A DNA stretch of 41,970 nt from an uncultured archaeon. GTDB lineage: Archaea > Asgardarchaeota > Lokiarchaeia > Sigyniarchaeales > SOKP01. The translations under genes were made by a program, and so were the position numbers. Under the pieces are notes generated by a model, which saw only the letters and a program-made list of their open reading frames with translations, did no database searches and was not told the origin of the DNA. Below, in pieces: positions 37,057 through 41,970 of the stretch. Numbering within the stretch: position 1 is the first letter of the stretch; each line of letters opens with the position of its first letter. The DNA lies in contig CAZOYD010000027.1 of assembly GCA_964583985.1 (NCBI GenBank), positions 1-41,970 of the forward strand. The letters run 5' to 3'.

Positions 37057-37557
37057 TCATTCAATTTCAAAACGAGTAGGGGGTCTCCATTTTATTTTCT
37101 TGCCAATTCTGTACGTTATATAAGCTGTAATTGCATATGAAGATATTACAATTAGGAGATTAATCCTTCCCCTTATTACCGCATCTCCAATCAAAATTCG
37201 TAAGGGAGCCCAAGGAGCTTGAACAAGTACATAACCAATAATAAGCCACATAATACAACCAAAAACAAGTGTACCGCCAACTACCAAGAGTATTCTAGGT
37301 ATGAACTCCACGAGTTTAGGTTTTCTAATACGACTAGCAGTATATGTTAAAAGAAAAATTGCTAAGCCCAAGATTGTTGAAAAGATAACATGTCCTAAAT
37401 CGTAAATCCCGACAAAAAATAACCCCCACGATGATATCATCCATGATCCATAAGCTCCAATATAAATATAAGCCCAGTTTTTATTAAGATTCTTCGAGAA
37501 AATTTTGATTCTTTCTTTCAAGTTCCTTTTATTTGAATTCTTTTCATTATCATTCAT
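37057..37557 (-). CDS. 4-TM hypothetical membrane protein (paralog)
   Basis: APWAPLR motif and C-terminal Y.IGK shared with 36476-36919. Confidence 0.7.
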   Translation of the reverse strand: MNDNEKNSNKRNLKERIKIFSKNLNKNWAYIYIGAYGSWMISSWGLFFVGIYDLGHVIFSTILGLAIFLLTYTASRIRKPKLVEFIPRILLVVGGTLVFGCIMWLIIGYVLVQAPWAPLRILIGDAVIRGRINLLIVISSYAITAYITYRIGKKIKWRPPTRFEIE

Positions 37558-37884
37558 ATAATCAGCTCCTTATGACCATATCACGGACAACAACCAAAAC
37601 TTTGACAAGCAATATATGTACTTCCAGTTGCAAAATTTATAGATTGTGACTAAAATGTACACGTTAGCAATATTTAATAATAATAATCTCAGTTATAACA
37701 ACATTCATTGTGGGTTTTTAGTGGGATTTTCTGGAAATGGCTCTTTAGCCATATTTAGTTAGTATCAACCAAAAAATTAAAGGAGCTAAACAGAGATTAA
37801 ACCTTAGATTTCTTAATTTTTAAATCTGCAGCACAATCTGCGACTAAAATTAAGGTTATATATCATTTCCAACTTAAAATTCTT

Positions 37885-38583
37885 TCACTTATTATTTATA
37901 TCTTCTAAAATAACTTCATGTTTAATCGTGCCAATTTTTTCAATTGATGCTTCAATAATATCTCCTGGTAATATTGGGCTAATTCCACCTGGAGTTCCAG
38001 TGGCAACAATATCTCCTTTTTCAAGAGTCACGTATTTTGATATATAATCGATGATTTCAGGAATTCTGAAGATCAAATGCTTAGTGTTGGAAGATTGCTT
38101 TATAGATCCATTAACAGAAAGCTCTATTGTTAAATCATGAGGATCTCCTATCTCATTAGGGGATGCTATTTTAGGTCCAATAGGACCAAACGTGTCAAAA
38201 TTTTTACTTCGATACCAGGGTAAATTTATATTTCTATCTGCTTTTTGCATGGATCTTGCGGTCATGTCAAGGAAAATCGTGTAACCTTGAATATATTCGT
38301 AGGCATTCTCGGTTTTAACATTTTTACACGTTTTTAAGATCACAAATGCTAATTCAACTTCATGATCTACGCTTCTTTTTTCTTCATCATCATACAATAC
38401 TCTTGGATAGGTAATCGGTTCATTGTTGGTGATTAACGTGTTTAGGGTTTTCGCGAAAAATACGGGTTCTTTTGGCACTGGTGAACCTGTTTCTTTGATA
38501 TGATCTAAATAATTCCGGCCCAAGCAAATGATTTTTGTAGGATTAATCTCTGTATTTCCAATCTTAAACACTTCCCATCTCAC
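37885..38583 (-). CDS. Fumarylacetoacetate hydrolase family protein
   Basis: KIICLGRNYLDH, DHEVELA, DMTAR, KNFDTFGPIGP, GDIVATGTPGG; true start may be GTG at 38571. Confidence 0.93.
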   Translation of the reverse strand: MRWEVFKIGNTEINPTKIICLGRNYLDHIKETGSPVPKEPVFFAKTLNTLITNNEPITYPRVLYDDEEKRSVDHEVELAFVILKTCKNVKTENAYEYIQGYTIFLDMTARSMQKADRNINLPWYRSKNFDTFGPIGPKIASPNEIGDPHDLTIELSVNGSIKQSSNTKHLIFRIPEIIDYISKYVTLEKGDIVATGTPGGISPILPGDIIEASIEKIGTIKHEVILEDINNK

Positions 38584-39265
38584 CTTCTAAAATAACTTTA
38601 TTTGAAAGAGTACCTATTTTTTCTATCGTAGCATCTAATACATCTCCCGGTTTTATGGGACCAATTCCACTGGGAGTTCCCGTAGCGATGATATCTCCGG
38701 GTACTAACGTAAAAAATCGTGTTATGTATTCCATGAGTTCAGGGATTTTAAACAGCAAATATTTCGTATTAGAATGCTGTTTTATTTCTCCATTTAATCT
38801 TAACTCGAGATTTAAATCATGAGGATCCTTTATCTCATTCACATCTGCAATTCGGGGTCCTATAGGACCAAAACTATCAAAGGATTTTGAACGGAACCAA
38901 GGTAATTTCGAGAAAATATCTTTAATTTGCATCTTTCGAGCGGTAATGTCATTAAAAACGGTGTAACCTTGAATATGTTCATAGGAATTCGCAGCTTTAA
39001 TATGTTTACAAGTTTTTGAGATAATGAATGCTAATTCCACTTCGTAATCCACGCGATTCATTTTAGGATCTTCATAAAGCATTTTTGGATAAATTATTGG
39101 TTGATCATTGCTAATAAGGCAATTTAAAGTCTTAGGAAAAAGGACTGGTTCTTTAGGTATTTCTAACTTTGTTTCTTCGATATGATCCATGTAGTTGGTA
39201 CCGACACAAATGATTTTTGAAGGATTGATCTCCAATTCTCCTATCATCATCTTAAAACCGAACAC
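38564..39265 (-). CDS. Fumarylacetoacetate hydrolase family protein (tandem paralog)
   Basis: KIICVGTNYMDH, DYEVELA, NDITAR, KSFDSFGPIGP, GDIIATGTPSG. Confidence 0.93.
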   Translation of the reverse strand: MFGFKMMIGELEINPSKIICVGTNYMDHIEETKLEIPKEPVLFPKTLNCLISNDQPIIYPKMLYEDPKMNRVDYEVELAFIISKTCKHIKAANSYEHIQGYTVFNDITARKMQIKDIFSKLPWFRSKSFDSFGPIGPRIADVNEIKDPHDLNLELRLNGEIKQHSNTKYLLFKIPELMEYITRFFTLVPGDIIATGTPSGIGPIKPGDVLDATIEKIGTLSNKVILEGEMGSV

Positions 39266-39387
39266 CTTTTAGATATTTAATTTTTAGCAAGCTAAGATGC
39301 AAGTTATATCATTTATTAGAATCGGTTGATTATGCATATTAAAGTTGGGATGGAAATATAAATTATGGTTTTAATAAAGGATACCTC

Positions 39388-39945
39388 ATGTCAGAAGAAA
39401 AGCATGGTGAATTCAAAAATAAGATGACTATTAGAATAGCAGTAAGTGCTATTTTAATTGCTGTTGGAGTCGTTTTGAGTTATTTAAACCCATTTGCTTA
39501 TTTTACAATTGCAGGAACAAAAATAAATCCCTTTGCGCATCTGATTAATGCTTTAAGTGGAGTTTTATTAGGATTATTATTTTCCGTTGTTACTGCTCTT
39601 GGTATAGCCATCATACGATATGCAACTGCTATCGGTTCTATTCACGCATTTCATGGTGGTATTTCTGGTGCTCTCATCGTAGGTATTACGTCATACTTTA
39701 TCCAAAAAAAATGGCCAAAATATGTTGAATACTCTGCGTTTACAGAGCCATTAGGCACCGTGTTCTTAGGAGGGACAATTGCTGAAATAATAATTCCCAT
39801 TTATGGAATTTTCTCGATGCAAGGGTTGCTTGTATATTGGAGTTTATTCGCTTTACCATCCATAGTAGGATGCACTCTTGGTTTTATAATATTAAAAATT
39901 CTCAAAGATTCTGGATATTCACGGGAAAACTTTACAAATAATTAA
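39388..39945 (+). CDS. thiW: ECF transporter S component, ThiW family
   Basis: PFAHLINALSGVLLG, IIRYATAIGSIHAFHGG, EPLGT resemble the ThiW pattern. Confidence 0.75.
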   Translation: MSEEKHGEFKNKMTIRIAVSAILIAVGVVLSYLNPFAYFTIAGTKINPFAHLINALSGVLLGLLFSVVTALGIAIIRYATAIGSIHAFHGGISGALIVGITSYFIQKKWPKYVEYSAFTEPLGTVFLGGTIAEIIIPIYGIFSMQGLLVYWSLFALPSIVGCTLGFIILKILKDSGYSRENFTNN

Positions 39946-39969
39946 CATTTTAACTCTTTCCTAATAAAA

Positions 39970-40551
39970 ATGGAAAAATTCGACTTTAAAAATTACATTG
40001 GACACCGAACATTATTATACGGAGAAACAAACACGGGAAAAACATATATCACTGCTAAATTCATTGATTTCCTTTTGGATTTCAATCTTTTTGATCCAAA
40101 AGAGATAAGTATCCTAGATTTTGCTCCTAAGTTTTTAGATGTCAATGGTTTAAAAGTTGGAGGGAAAATTCTAGATTTTTCAGAAAAAAGTATTGAATGC
40201 AATTACTTGAGACTTTATGGTGAAATAATCCCTCCTCGCTTGAATGCAAATAACAAGCAAGAATTATTTGAAAATATCTGCCACAATTATAAAATAACTA
40301 CCCAAATGTTAGAATTATACAAAAGACAGCAAACAAAAGTCTTAATAATGAATGATATTTCCATTTACCTTCACATAGGTAACAAAAATACTTTACTAAA
40401 TGTTATTAACAGTGCTCACACATTCTTTGGAAATTCTTATTATGGAATCAAGATTAAGAAAAGTTTCAGTGCATTATTATCACTTAAAGAAAAAAGTCGA
40501 GTTGAATTTCTTATCAATAATATTCCAAATTCCATACTCACTTCAAAATAG
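39970..40551 (+). CDS. Small P-loop NTPase of unknown function
   Basis: TLLYGETNTGKT Walker A; ILDFAP; LIMND Walker-B-like strand. Confidence 0.7.
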   Translation: MEKFDFKNYIGHRTLLYGETNTGKTYITAKFIDFLLDFNLFDPKEISILDFAPKFLDVNGLKVGGKILDFSEKSIECNYLRLYGEIIPPRLNANNKQELFENICHNYKITTQMLELYKRQQTKVLIMNDISIYLHIGNKNTLLNVINSAHTFFGNSYYGIKIKKSFSALLSLKEKSRVEFLINNIPNSILTSK

Positions 40552-40638
40552 GTTATCATGCTGTGTTTTTCTGCAATGTTAAATGTATTTTTAAAAAAAA
40601 AGAATAAAAAATAATTATAACGGAATTTAAATTAATTT

Positions 40639-41478
40639 ATGACAAATCTAAAAGGTAAAACAATATTCATTACAGGTGCTAGTAGAGGGATAGGAAAAGC
40701 AATTGCCTTACGGGCGGCAAGAGATGGTGCAAACATTTCTGTTGTTGCTAAAACAAAAGAACCCCATCCAAATTTACCGGGAACAGTTTACTCCGCAGTG
40801 GAAGAGATTAATTCAGTCGGTGGTCATGGACTTCCATGTATTGCTGATATTAGATACGAAGATCAAGTACAATCTGCTGTTGATGATACTATCAAAGAAT
40901 TTGGGGCAATAGATATTCTAGTTAATGATGCCAGTGCTATTAGCTTGACTCCAACAATAGAAACTACAATGAAACGATTTGATCTTATGTTTTCCGTAAA
41001 TGTAAGAGGAACATTTCTATGTTCAAAATTGTGCGTTCCTCATTTAAAGAAATCTGAAAATCCACATATCCTCAATTTATCACCTCCATTAAATATGGAT
41101 TCCAAATGGTTCGAGCACCATGTTGCATATACGATGTCTAAATATGGGATGAGTATGTGCGTGTTAGGAATGGCAGAAGAATTCAAAAAAGATGGTATTT
41201 CGGTAAACGCTCTTTGGCCTCGTACCGCCATTGCTACTGCTGCTGTAAGAAATCTTTTAGGGGGGAAAACAAATATAAATCATTCAAGAAAACCAGAAAT
41301 CGTCGCTGATGCTGCTTATATTATATTAACAAAACCAAGTAAAGAGACCACGGGAAACTTTTTTATTGATGATGAAGTTTTAGTCGAAAATGGAGTTACT
41401 GATCTTAGTAAATATTCAGTAGTACCAAATGCCAAACTAATTCCAGATTTCTTCCTATATGGTGGAGGTCAAACATAA
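40639..41478 (+). CDS. Short-chain dehydrogenase/reductase, HSDL2/citronellol dehydrogenase-like
   Basis: TGASRGIG, PHPNLPGT, HILNLSPP, YTMSK (YxxxK), NALWPRT. Confidence 0.92.
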   Translation: MTNLKGKTIFITGASRGIGKAIALRAARDGANISVVAKTKEPHPNLPGTVYSAVEEINSVGGHGLPCIADIRYEDQVQSAVDDTIKEFGAIDILVNDASAISLTPTIETTMKRFDLMFSVNVRGTFLCSKLCVPHLKKSENPHILNLSPPLNMDSKWFEHHVAYTMSKYGMSMCVLGMAEEFKKDGISVNALWPRTAIATAAVRNLLGGKTNINHSRKPEIVADAAYIILTKPSKETTGNFFIDDEVLVENGVTDLSKYSVVPNAKLIPDFFLYGGGQT

Positions 41479-41590
41479 CATTATTTTTTATCTTTTTTTT
41501 TTAATCTTTAAAAATGATAAAGAAACCTTATAAAAAATGTAGATCAATAGATATATTAATAGTTTTTAAAAACACATACTGCATATTAAG

Positions 41591-41970
41591 ATGAAATTAA
41601 TTCTCTTCGGCCCCCCAGGTGCGGGAAAAGGTACGTTTTCTGGTCAAATAAAGAAGGTTTTACCCAATATAGTGCATGTAAGCACGGGTGATATTTTTCG
41701 AGAAAATTTGAAAAAGCAAACAGCTCTAGGAGTAAAAGCCAAAGAATACATGGATAAAGGAGAGCTCGTTCCAGATGAAGTAACTATAGGGATGGTAAGA
41801 GAGAGACTAAACGAGGAAGATGCAATTCAAAATGGTTTTATATTGGATGGATTCCCTCGTACTCTTCCTCAAGCTAAAACTCTCTCAGATATTTCTGATA
41901 TTGATTTATTTTTACTATTAGAGGTAAGTAGAGATATTATCAAAAAAAGAATTTTGGGGAGATACTCCTG
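41591..41970 (+). CDS. adk: Adenylate kinase, bacterial/eukaryotic type (3' truncated by the window edge)
   Basis: MKLILFGPPGAGKGT, HVSTGDIFR, GELVPDEV, GFILDGFPRT; absent from the ORF track because it has no stop in the window. Confidence 0.93.
   Translation, partial: MKLILFGPPGAGKGTFSGQIKKVLPNIVHVSTGDIFRENLKKQTALGVKAKEYMDKGELVPDEVTIGMVRERLNEEDAIQNGFILDGFPRTLPQAKTLSDISDIDLFLLLEVSRDIIKKRILGRYS

Noticed and set aside
1550-41231. Short ORFs nested in or antisense to well-supported genes (e.g. 1550-1798, 2602-2835, 9842-10138, 19106-19375, 27737-28048, 31685-32023, 34196-34504, 34899-35312)
   Set aside because: They overlap conserved genes and show no independent motifs
1-41970. Selenoprotein genes, CRISPR arrays, transposases, integrases, rRNA
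   Set aside because: None recognised by eye; a SECIS or profile search was not possible

Overview
AT-rich archaeal window, most likely Lokiarchaeia (Asgard): it has roadblock/LC7 proteins, a Vps28-like ESCRT-I subunit, a Yip1 protein, LRR and Loki-CTERM-type proteins, and archaeal ribosomal proteins. About 1-13.4 kb is accessory (Ntn-hydrolase, TFB paralogs, LRR and surface proteins). About 13.4-42 kb is mostly core: selenocysteine machinery (SelB, tRNA-Sec, SepSecS), two intron-containing tRNAs (Ile-UAU with 3 introns, Ser-GGA with 2), RtcA, a Nudix-NadM fusion, rpl34e-cmk-rpl14e, and the uL11-uL1-uL10-P1-secY-DUF106 cluster. Main observation: the ribosomal protein uL11 gene looks 5'-truncated in the ORF track but is split by three short insertions (31, 35 and 28 nt). 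Each folds into a bulge-helix-bulge (BHB)-type motif like those of the tRNA introns nearby, and each carries an in-frame TAA. Cutting at the standard BHB positions rebuilds an intact 165-aa uL11 with the conserved GGKASGGPPIGPAVGPTGIN motif. This points to multi-intron mRNA splicing by the tRNA-splicing endonuclease in an Asgard archaeon. All calls are by eye; no searches were run.
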